Below are positions 35,584-42,983 of a stretch of DNA of 47,516 nt, in pieces. The DNA is from a virus. The notes beneath the pieces were generated by a model, which was not told where the DNA came from, made no database searches, and saw only the letters and a list, made by a program, of their open reading frames with translations. The position numbers and the translations under genes are program-made. The stretch is taken from positions 1 to 47,516 of IMG/VR virus record IMGVR_UViG_3300005607_000005. One strand, written 5' to 3'. The number at the start of each line of letters is the position of its first letter. The stretch's first letter is position 1.

Positions 35584-35808
35584 TCAATTCTGGTTCAAAT
35601 AATCGGCCTGTTGGCGGCGATGCAACAGGCGCAGCAGGTAGTGCTCGCGGCGCAAGCTGCGGAGTAAGTCGGCGCGCAGCCAGCGGATTTCGAGCTGACA
35701 GTCACGGCGGGCCGAGCGAAAGCCGAGCGACCAAGAGAACAAGGCCAGGCCCACGTGGGCCAGGGCGATGCCGGCCCAGATGTACCAGGGCAAGTGCGAG
35801 AGACTCAC
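35584..35808 (-). CDS. Small membrane protein
   Basis: ORF frame 35584-35862, trimmed to GTG at 35808, which overlaps the upstream stop (GTGA). TM segment WYIWAGIALAHVGLALFSW. Confidence 0.4.
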   Translation of the reverse strand: MSLSHLPWYIWAGIALAHVGLALFSWSLGFRSARRDCQLEIRWLRADLLRSLRREHYLLRLLHRRQQADYLNQN

Positions 35809-36026
35809 GTCGGTTGCTCCTCCATGACGGTAGCCTTGATACGCTTGCCACAAAGGCCGCACTTGCCGAGGGAGGAGGTCTCGTCGGGCGGGTAGAGGTA
35901 CAGGGGCGAGCTACCGTCGAGCAGAGCGGCGTAATTTTCGGCCCAAACACGACCCAGATCCTGGGACAGCTTGAGCTGCTGCGTGTGGCCGTTTTGGCAA
36001 ATGATGTCAATGACGTACATCATCAT
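35805..36026 (-). CDS. Hypothetical small protein
   Basis: ATG triplet run at 36020-36026 overlapping the Gp37/Gp68 stop (ATGA): MMMYVIDIICQNGHTQQL...CGLCGKRI. Confidence 0.45.
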   Translation of the reverse strand: MMMYVIDIICQNGHTQQLKLSQDLGRVWAENYAALLDGSSPLYLYPPDETSSLGKCGLCGKRIKATVMEEQPT

Positions 36027-36973
36027 TTCTCCTTGGGAAACTCTCGTATTTGCAGATCCTGCGGCCATTCCGCTGGATTACCGCCCTTGGGGTCGCGGAG
36101 GCGGTAGGTGGCGCCGAGGGCCTTGGCGATGAAATCGTGACTGAGTCCTTTGGAGTCGGTGAAGCCGGTGATGTTGGCCCCGAGCTGCTTTACGAAACAG
36201 GCCACGCCGGCGGCTTTGCACTGCTCGACCAGCGACCGCACCCAGGTCAGATCGCAGGGCCTAGCATCAGGTCCGCTCTCGCCGCCAATAATGCACCAAT
36301 CGAGGTGGCAAGCACACTCCCCATGATCCGCTTCGTGGTCCCTACCACGGTAGCCATCGTGGTAGCATCCTCCCCATCGGGAGATGTCCAGCTCTACAGG
36401 GGCAATCAAGGGCTCGCAACTGAGGAACCGCACCGCCGCCGGCGTCTGGAGCAGTAGTGGAATCCTCTCGTCTGCCCGGGCCTGGTCCTCGACGGAGACG
36501 CCGAGCCAGACGTTGGGAGCGGGCTGGAACTCCGCACCGCCGAATCGCCCCCAGCGCTTCGAGCAATATGCGTGTAGGCGGTCGGCCCGCTTGGTCAGCA
36601 CCTGGAACTGGTGCTGCGGGCTTTTCCACATCGCCCGGAACACGTCATCAATGTCGTCGTCCGAAACCCAAGCGCCGAAGAGGTCCGTCATCGAACAGAC
36701 GAACACCCGGCGCGGCTTCTTCCAGTGCAAGGGCTGTTTCAGCACCTGTTTGTCCAGGAACAGCTCCAGGTCTTGCCGCCGCCCTTCCCGACCGACCGGG
36801 CCGCCGTAGGAGGGCAGCCCGAAGCGCCGCTGCAACGCCGAGGCGTAACAGTGGGCGCAGCCAGGGGAAACCATCTCGCAGTAGTGGCCTACCTTGCCGG
36901 TCTGGCGGTGGCGCGCCCGGAGCGGGTTCCACGTCTCATCCGTCCATTCGATCTTCGTAGCGGCCATGGTCAC
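36023..36973 (-). CDS. Phage Gp37/Gp68 family protein (DUF5131)
   Basis: 316-aa ORF. TKIEWTDETWNPLRA...VSPGCAHCYA is the family-defining N-terminus. Confidence 0.8.
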   Translation of the reverse strand: MTMAATKIEWTDETWNPLRARHRQTGKVGHYCEMVSPGCAHCYASALQRRFGLPSYGGPVGREGRRQDLELFLDKQVLKQPLHWKKPRRVFVCSMTDLFGAWVSDDDIDDVFRAMWKSPQHQFQVLTKRADRLHAYCSKRWGRFGGAEFQPAPNVWLGVSVEDQARADERIPLLLQTPAAVRFLSCEPLIAPVELDISRWGGCYHDGYRGRDHEADHGECACHLDWCIIGGESGPDARPCDLTWVRSLVEQCKAAGVACFVKQLGANITGFTDSKGLSHDFIAKALGATYRLRDPKGGNPAEWPQDLQIREFPKEK

Positions 36974-37491
36974 TCCACCCCGAGGCGGTCAAAAAGCTCG
37001 TTCATCGTCGTGCAGATATTCCTGGGAGGACCGAGCAACAACGCCATCAGTTCGGGTTCAACATGATCAAAGGCAACCGTGAAGACTGGTTTACCGAAGC
37101 CGGCCAGGTAACCAGCCTCTAGATGCGCCGATCGGCCACAAGGCAATACGAGCACGCCACAATCAGCGCGGCCGAGGGCGGCCTTGTCATGATGGAACCC
37201 GCGCTTGGCAATGGGGTGAGAGAGGGCTTGTTGCCAATCCCGCGGCGTCCAGCCCAGCCATTGCGGGTCGATTTTCGACCAGCGAAAACCGTCGTTGCCC
37301 GGGACCGGCGCGCGGAAGTCGTAAACCTGCAAGCCGACCGAGCGCAGGGCCGCGACGATGCCTTGCTGCAAGGGATTGCGCCAGCTGGAGGCGACATAAA
37401 CGTAAGACGGTTTGGCCTTCGGACCATCTCCATCAAGCCAGCGCTGGAAGGCAGATCGATCGTCAACAATATCGAGAGGTTGAAGATTCAT
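36970..37491 (-). CDS. Nucleoside 2-deoxyribosyltransferase-like protein
   Basis: 173-aa ORF. VYVASSWRN near the N-terminus and VLPCGRSAHLEAGYLAGFGKPV fit the Rossmann-like deoxyribosyltransferase pattern. Assignment by eye only. Confidence 0.45.
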   Translation of the reverse strand: MNLQPLDIVDDRSAFQRWLDGDGPKAKPSYVYVASSWRNPLQQGIVAALRSVGLQVYDFRAPVPGNDGFRWSKIDPQWLGWTPRDWQQALSHPIAKRGFHHDKAALGRADCGVLVLPCGRSAHLEAGYLAGFGKPVFTVAFDHVEPELMALLLGPPRNICTTMNELFDRLGVE

Positions 37492-37551
37492 TCTGAGGAC
37501 TCCTTGTTCGTGTTCGCGTTTCTCGGGAGGGAATTGGCCATCATCGTCTCC

Positions 37552-38427
37552 CTATTCACACAACCCATATTTGCTCACGCAGGTGTGAGCCTCCGCTTCG
37601 ATGAACGGCAGGCTGTATTGCTGGCCACCCCGCTCCGTCTTCGACCAGGCCACGACTTCATCAATCCAATTGATGTCCTTGCCCGGCACCATCGGCGCAA
37701 AAAATGTGCGGCCGACCGACTGCTCCCAGCGTCGCACCTTGTCGATCATCTCGGGGAAACGGGCCACCCAATTGCGGATGTCGGCCTTACTGGAGTTGAT
37801 GCACGGCGCGCAGCCGACCCGGTTAAAACCCAACTTGTAGAGAGGATTGATTTCCTCGCCGGCGGCCAGGACGTAATCGAAACATTGCTGCTTGGTCCAA
37901 CGGAAGAGGGGCCGATAGAGCATGCAGTGGAAGTAGCGATCGAATTCCTGCTCCGGACAGCTGGCGCGATTTCGGGACTCGTCGGCACGGACGCCGATGT
38001 AGCGAGCATAGCGAATCCCCTTGGCGGTCAGATGCTCATCTAGCCAGCGCTTTTGCGGCGCCAGCTTCAGGTACTCCGTGCAGAATTGGGCCTTTCGTGA
38101 AGGGAATCTTCCCTTCACGAAAGCGAGTTTGTCGAAGGTCAGCGGCTCCTCTTCGCCCAACGTGAGCCGTCGCTCGCGCGTGGCGCCTTCGTGTGTGCCC
38201 ACGTTGCCCAGATCCTTGACCAGGGCGCGGACGGTGATCACGGGAAAGACGTGAGCGGAGTACCAGCGGACGAAGCCCTCAGTCAGCGGATGCTCGTTAC
38301 CGCCCGCGTCGCTGTTGAGGAGAAGGATGTCCTCCGGCGGGAAGGTTTGGCGTGCCCACAGCGCGACGGCCTGACTGTCGATGCCGCCGGAAAAGCCCAC
38401 GACGATTTTCTTGTCAAGCATTTCCAT
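37552..38427 (-). CDS. Phosphoadenosine phosphosulfate (PAPS) reductase family / PP-loop ATPase
   Basis: 291-aa ORF. PP-loop KIVVGFSGGIDS, then IGVRADESRNRA and YRPLFRWTKQQCFDYV, all typical of the PAPS_reduct family. Confidence 0.8.
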   Translation of the reverse strand: MEMLDKKIVVGFSGGIDSQAVALWARQTFPPEDILLLNSDAGGNEHPLTEGFVRWYSAHVFPVITVRALVKDLGNVGTHEGATRERRLTLGEEEPLTFDKLAFVKGRFPSRKAQFCTEYLKLAPQKRWLDEHLTAKGIRYARYIGVRADESRNRASCPEQEFDRYFHCMLYRPLFRWTKQQCFDYVLAAGEEINPLYKLGFNRVGCAPCINSSKADIRNWVARFPEMIDKVRRWEQSVGRTFFAPMVPGKDINWIDEVVAWSKTERGGQQYSLPFIEAEAHTCVSKYGLCE

Positions 38428-38452
38428 CTACCTCCCTGTAGTCCCCCAGATC

Positions 38453-38686
38453 CTAACCATCGAAATCATCTTCGGGTTCACAATCTTCACAGCCGTGACA
38501 TTCGATATAGCCATGATGGTGACAGACACAGAGGTCACCCCCGCAGAAGCAGTGCAGGATGCCAGTGCCTCCACAGGATTCTTCCCACACCGATTTGTCA
38601 AACAACTGATCGAACGTGCCACGGACCCCACACCAGCAGGTGATGATCTCGTTGTCGTCCGCGCAGTCTTCGTGATCGTCACTCAT
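38453..38686 (-). CDS. Small acidic Cys/His-rich protein
   Basis: 77-aa ORF with CWCG...CGG...HCFCGGDLCVCHHHGYIECHGCEDC. ATGA overlap with the upstream gene. Confidence 0.5.
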   Translation of the reverse strand: MSDDHEDCADDNEIITCWCGVRGTFDQLFDKSVWEESCGGTGILHCFCGGDLCVCHHHGYIECHGCEDCEPEDDFDG

Positions 38687-39321
38687 CGCAGCAACCTCCG
38701 ATCTGGCCCGGTCAGCTCCAGCACGGTGCCGGCTGCCAGGCGACTCGTTAGCCGGTCGTCATAAAGGCCCGCTAGCACGTCGAGACTCAAATTCGACCCA
38801 ACGACCAGGGGACGGCCCGATCGTTCGTCTACGACGCGATAAACGCATTCGTAGGCATGATCGCTGACTCGTTGGCGTGCGCCGAGTTCATCCAGGACGA
38901 CCAAGGTCGTGCGGGCGATTTCCTCCCAGAGGGACGCAGCGGATACGCGGAGTTTGCTATCTGGGTTGTAGAGTTCACCCTTGTAGGCCAGGAGGATTTT
39001 GCCGGCCAGGCCGGCGGCGGTGAAGTACAGGCCGCCGGCGTGGTCGAGCAGGCACAGGGCCGCACACGTCTTGCCCGTGCCCGGCTTGCCAATGAGGACC
39101 AACGGCCAGGGCAAGCTGCCATCCACGCAATCACGAATTACCCGGCCGAGGTGGTTCTCCACTAGCGCCACTTCCCGGGGCTTGTCCTTCAGCCAGTGGC
39201 GTTGGGCCTGGGATCTGAGTGTCAGGACCTTCCGGCCCGATGCGGATGGCGACGTTGGCATACTTGCCAGGCGGCGCTTCGACTCTGCCAGGACGAGGTC
39301 CCAGATCTTGGCTCCGTCCAT
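38683..39321 (-). CDS. DnaC/IstB-like AAA+ helicase loader
   Basis: 212-aa ORF. Walker A LIGKPGTGKT, Walker B LVVLDELG. Follows the replication initiator. Confidence 0.75.
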   Translation of the reverse strand: MDGAKIWDLVLAESKRRLASMPTSPSASGRKVLTLRSQAQRHWLKDKPREVALVENHLGRVIRDCVDGSLPWPLVLIGKPGTGKTCAALCLLDHAGGLYFTAAGLAGKILLAYKGELYNPDSKLRVSAASLWEEIARTTLVVLDELGARQRVSDHAYECVYRVVDERSGRPLVVGSNLSLDVLAGLYDDRLTSRLAAGTVLELTGPDRRLLR

Positions 39322-40156
39322 GCACGGCCTCCATCAAATCGTCTTCCCAGCGCTGGCCTCGCAGCCAGGTGGCTGGATTGGGAATGAAACGTCCCCCCTC
39401 CCGTGTCCATTGGTCGCTATGACGCTGCTTCTCCACAGCCGCCAGGATGCGCTCGAGTAGCTCCGCATTCGGGTTGAGTTTGAGCCAGGCATCGGCGGCA
39501 GCCCGCTTGGCGACCTTCCTGGGGTAAGCATCCCAAAAGCGGAGAAAGCCTGCGTCTTCGGTTGGTCGTTGTTTGCGTCGGGAACCTACGGAGGGTGTAT
39601 TTGTATTCTCTTCTTTCCTTTCCTTTCCTTTAGAGCGGATTTCAGCGTGACAGGGCTGTGACATGTCACGCTCACTGTCACAGGGCTTGTCACGCTGTTG
39701 TCCCATGCCTTTCTGTCGCTGGCGCTGTTTACGGATTGCATCGCGCCGCCTCCGCAGGTCTTCATTGGGGACGTTGTTGCGAAAGAACTTAGGGAAAACG
39801 ACTCTGCCATCGTCAGTCTCCTTCGCCCAGCCGACTTTCTCCATCGCCTCGCCAAAGCACGGCACTTCGGCCAGCACGTCGAGGCTGCCGAGGCCGGCGC
39901 AGTCGAGCACGAGGTCATATCCGGAGGCGTATCCCTGCTCGCGCGCCACGCCCCAGACTTGCAGCAGTCCCGCAATTGTCACGCTGAGTGTCACGCTCGT
40001 GTCCACATGCTCATAGGCGGTCTTCGAACAGGTGCGTTGTACGGGATCGGTGAGCCAATTCATAAAGCTACGGCAGCCCGCGAGATAGTCAGCCAGTGCA
40101 ATGACGCGCGGGTCGCGGCGCAGCCAGACGCGCATAGGTATCCAGTCACCAGCCAT
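39131..40156 (-). CDS. Replication initiation-type protein
   Basis: ORF frame 39131-40255, trimmed to ATG at 40156 because upstream codons run into CRISPR repeat 1. FLRFWDAYPRKVAKRAAADAWLKL...GRFIPNPATWLRGQRWEDD is a pattern seen in prophage replication proteins. The 3' 191 nt overlap the DnaC-like gene. Confidence 0.6.
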   Translation of the reverse strand: MAGDWIPMRVWLRRDPRVIALADYLAGCRSFMNWLTDPVQRTCSKTAYEHVDTSVTLSVTIAGLLQVWGVAREQGYASGYDLVLDCAGLGSLDVLAEVPCFGEAMEKVGWAKETDDGRVVFPKFFRNNVPNEDLRRRRDAIRKQRQRQKGMGQQRDKPCDSERDMSQPCHAEIRSKGKERKEENTNTPSVGSRRKQRPTEDAGFLRFWDAYPRKVAKRAAADAWLKLNPNAELLERILAAVEKQRHSDQWTREGGRFIPNPATWLRGQRWEDDLMEAVHGRSQDLGPRPGRVEAPPGKYANVAIRIGPEGPDTQIPGPTPLAEGQAPGSGASGEPPRPGNS

Positions 40157-40194
40157 CCGTGGCCTCCCTGGCTTTGCTGGGCTTTTTCTCCGCA

Positions 40195-40754
40195 GCCGCA
40201 TCACCCTGTTGGTCCCAACCAGTGATCCTGGATCAGGCCATACCTGATGGCTCAAGGAGACACACGATGCCGCATCACCCTGTTGGTCCCAACCAGTGAT
40301 CCTGGGCTCGGGGGTTATCCGAGCACGGCGGCGTTAGCTGAGGCCGCATCACCCTGTTGGTCCCAACCAGTGATCCTGGACAACTGGCGCGAGCCAAGCA
40401 GGGCCGCCGCCATAAGGCCGCATCACCCTGTTGGTCCCAACCAGTGATCCTGGTCCCACGAAGGCGGATGAGCAGACAAAAGTTCAAGTGGCCGCATCAC
40501 CCTGTTGGTCCCAACCAGTGATCCTGGTCTCCATAAGGGCGATCGCTGGCGGCTCCTTGGTCCTGCCGCATCACCCTGTTGGTCCCAACCAGTGATCCTG
40601 GTACGGAAGCCCTGTTGCGTGAGGAGCGCGATTCCAGACGCCGCATCACCCTGTTGGTCCCAACCAGTGATCCTGGGCGGGTCCGCCCCAGTCTTCGTGC
40701 GGGCCGGAATGCACCTTGCCGCATCACCCTGTTGGTCCCAACCAGTGATCCTGG
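40195..40754. CRISPR. CRISPR array: 8 identical 37-nt repeats (gccgcatcaccctgttggtcccaaccagtgatcctgg) and 7 spacers
   Basis: Repeats at 40195-40231, 40269-40305, 40343-40379, 40417-40453, 40491-40527, 40565-40601, 40640-40676 and 40718-40754. Spacer lengths are 37, 37, 37, 37, 37, 38 and 41 nt, all different. The repeat holds an imperfect palindrome (ATCAC..CTG.TTG / CAA.CAG..GTGAT). Confidence 0.95.
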
Positions 40755-40965
40755 GGCCGTGGCCATAAGGCCCAATATCCCAGGCATTTCCAGCGGCCTC
40801 CGCGAGCGGTGCCTGGCGGCAAGCGCCAGGGCCGTGATTCGCGCTTAGCGTGGCGGTCGCTAATGTTTGTCGCCATTGCCTTTATTCCTTGCGAGCGGCC
40901 TCTATTGTCCCGATGGGGCGCAAAAACTGAAGTCGAACACCTTTGGCGCGTTGGGATAGTCTGAA
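40755..40965 (-). other. 211-nt non-coding spacer between the TnpB/Cas12-like gene and the array; candidate leader or tracrRNA/scaffold region
   Basis: No credible ORF. Less GC-rich than its surroundings by eye. Contains cacctttggcgcgttggga (40938-40956), which is related to the repeat core caccctgttggtcccaacc. Confidence 0.3.
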
Positions 40966-42018
40966 TCAATTGTGAGCATTCGGGTCCTCGTCTCCTCCAC
41001 CAAAAGTAATCCCCAGTCCCTGGAGCTTATAAGCCAACAGCCGCCGCAGTTCGGACCAGGGAAACAGGGGTAGCCAACTCTTGTCGTGATCGGTGTAGAT
41101 CACCCTGGCCACTTTTTGTCGCTCCGCCAGGCCGACCAGCTGGGCGGTCAGCTGGTGCAGTGAGGTATGGATACGGCGTTGGTGCTTCTGACAGCGCTCC
41201 TGCCGCTTCTCTCGAATGTGCCGCAGTTTGCCCGGAGGTAGACGCAACTCATACTTACTGTCCTCAGCGATACGCTGCAGGTAGGCGCGATGGCTGATGC
41301 AGAGGCGCCGTAGGTCATCGTGGTTCCAGTAGCGCGGCTCCTGCCCCTCGATCTCGACGACCCATAGGCAGGTCGAAGAGGTGAGCACTCTCATAAGCCT
41401 GGTACGCTCCGACAAGAGGGGCGGTGGAAAGCGACCCACCAGGCCAACCAGCAGGGCGTTACCCCGTCGGTAGATTTTGGCTTCACTCTTGAGGGCGGCA
41501 CCTTCCACGAATTGGCGGAAGAGTGCCACCTGGCGGGCGAAGTTCGGGCCGCCCTTGAGTCGGAGCTGCCAGCGCTTCTCGGCACCGCGTCCCAGTGGCA
41601 GGCTCACCAGGGGCCGGTTGCCCTGATCCCAAGAAGGGCGCCAAGCCTGGTTATGGACCGGATAGGGCGTCGGATAGCGATACGTCGGCAGGCTGGCCGC
41701 ATGTTGCCAGAGGACTTGATAAAGGACTGCTTTGTACTTGCGCTTCACCGCGCGTTCCAGCGAGGCACAGGTGCGCGTGTCGAGATCGGGGAAGAGTTGG
41801 GTCAGCTTTGGGTAAAAGTACGTCGCCGGCATGGGTGGTAGTTTGGCATCACCGGGCAGCCGCTGGTGATCAGCCTTGGCCAACTCGGTCATCAGCCAGT
41901 TGCTGGCTGCCGTAGTCTGGGCCCAGCAAGCATGCAAATCGCGCCAAAGTGCTTCCCAGGAACCCTCCACGGGGGAAGCGACAGAGAGAGTTGTGCAGCG
42001 AACTATCGAGTCACTCAT
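40966..42018 (-). CDS. Compact TnpB/Cas12-like protein, apparently RuvC-inactive and C-terminally truncated; candidate CRISPR-associated RNA-guided DNA-binding protein
   Basis: 350-aa ORF. Its ATG overlaps the recT stop (ATGA at 42015-42018). Helix KRQERCQKHQRRIHTSLHQLTAQLVGLAERQKV, then VARVIYTDHD, then FPWSELRRLLAYKLQGLGITF, parallels the TnpB layout (helix, IVIEDL strand, L.YK...G). The Glu position holds Thr, the GIDLG-equivalent strand reads RVLTSS, and the protein ends before any CxxC zinc finger or RuvC-III segment. Confidence 0.5.
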   Translation of the reverse strand: MSDSIVRCTTLSVASPVEGSWEALWRDLHACWAQTTAASNWLMTELAKADHQRLPGDAKLPPMPATYFYPKLTQLFPDLDTRTCASLERAVKRKYKAVLYQVLWQHAASLPTYRYPTPYPVHNQAWRPSWDQGNRPLVSLPLGRGAEKRWQLRLKGGPNFARQVALFRQFVEGAALKSEAKIYRRGNALLVGLVGRFPPPLLSERTRLMRVLTSSTCLWVVEIEGQEPRYWNHDDLRRLCISHRAYLQRIAEDSKYELRLPPGKLRHIREKRQERCQKHQRRIHTSLHQLTAQLVGLAERQKVARVIYTDHDKSWLPLFPWSELRRLLAYKLQGLGITFGGGDEDPNAHN

Positions 42019-42983
42019 GACTGGGGCTCCTCCATCGTCTCCGATTTACCACCTAGATCCTCCAGGTGACTGATGAGCTCCTCGGCCCGCTCTGCCATCA
42101 GTTCCTCAGGCCGCTCCGCCCCATACTGTTCGACCAGGGCCTGGAACTCATCGGGTTGCAGGATCTGCGAGAGTAGCTGCAATTCTTGCAGCTGTTGCTG
42201 CGTGACGCGGCCCTCGGCGTTGACGGCATCCTGGCCCAGCCACTTTGGATCAAAGGGTAGTCCTTGTGGCAGTCCTTCCTCCGCCAACTCATCGAGGTTG
42301 GCAGCGCGGCCCAGGTCCGCGGTCAGCGGCACGCGCTTGGCCAGGCGGCGCACGGCCGTCTTGCAGCCCATCGCTTCCACATGCGTCCACCAGGGCGAAT
42401 TCTTTTTGCGACCATCCGGCAGCGTGCCATAGCGAGCCTGGCAGGCCAGCACTTCCTCCCAACCGAGGACCTCGAAGTCAAAGCCGCCATTGGCCAGGCT
42501 CACCGAGGCATAGACGGCGATCGGCTCGCCGCGGCCCTTCAGCGCCGGCGCGAAGTCGAGATAGGGCTTGGAGCCATGGCAGAATTTGAAGTGGTCGCCG
42601 GCATGGACGCAGTGGGCCGGAAAGGCCTTGACCTGGCCCGAACGAAAAGCCAGCGACCGGAAGCCCTTGTAGCCGATGATAAGCTGAGCCTCCAGCCGCC
42701 GCGTCTTGCCGTTGCGGTAGGGCACCAGGTAGGCATGCCCCAGCACGTCGTCCAGCTCCAGGCCGAGCTGGCAGGCCTGCATCAAGCAGGCGATGAGGCT
42801 GACCTGGGTGCAATCGGCCAGCTGCGGATTCTTGCGGCAGGCCGTCAGCGCCAGCCGTATCATGCGGTCTGGCGTCAGGCTGCGCGCCAGTTGCCGCGGG
42901 ATGGCCCGGCCGAACTCGTCGGCCTTGGCCAGCAGGAACTTTTCCAGCGTCTGCACGGGGTCAGTTCGCACGGTGACGGACAT
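42015..42983 (-). CDS. recT: RecT-family single-strand annealing protein
   Basis: 322-aa ORF. AYLVPYRNGKTRRLEAQLIIGYKGFRSLAFRSGQVKAF is typical of RecT. Follows a YqaJ-type exonuclease. Confidence 0.85.
   Translation of the reverse strand: MSVTVRTDPVQTLEKFLLAKADEFGRAIPRQLARSLTPDRMIRLALTACRKNPQLADCTQVSLIACLMQACQLGLELDDVLGHAYLVPYRNGKTRRLEAQLIIGYKGFRSLAFRSGQVKAFPAHCVHAGDHFKFCHGSKPYLDFAPALKGRGEPIAVYASVSLANGGFDFEVLGWEEVLACQARYGTLPDGRKKNSPWWTHVEAMGCKTAVRRLAKRVPLTADLGRAANLDELAEEGLPQGLPFDPKWLGQDAVNAEGRVTQQQLQELQLLSQILQPDEFQALVEQYGAERPEELMAERAEELISHLEDLGGKSETMEEPQS

Noticed and set aside
40157-40255. N-terminal extension of the replication ORF to 40255 (MSHQVWPDPGSLVGTNRVMR...).
   Set aside because: The extension runs through CRISPR repeat 1 and spacer 1. 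The ATG at 40156 (MAGDWIPMRVW...) is the credible start.
40755-40790. A possible degenerate ninth repeat right after repeat 8 (gccgtggccataaggcccaatatcccagg).
   Set aside because: It abuts repeat 8 without a spacer, needs several indels to align, and could equally be chance GC-rich similarity. Kept only as part of the leader/scaffold question.
40247-40848. ORF-track entries 40247-40447(+), 40275-40487(-), 40497-40787(-), 40505-40768(+) and 40579-40848(+), with repeated peptide motifs (SLVGTNRVMR, ASPCWSQPVIL, ITLLVPTSDPG).
   Set aside because: They are translations of the CRISPR repeats in different frames. The periodic identical peptides come from the 37-nt repeat, not from coding sequence.
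40966-41010. Remnants of a TnpB zinc finger in a shifted frame just after the effector stop (…VFDFSFCAPSGQ in the +1 frame).
   Set aside because: It is a single Cys and a short open frame, too weak to claim a pseudogenised CxxC. Mentioned only as something a translated alignment could test.
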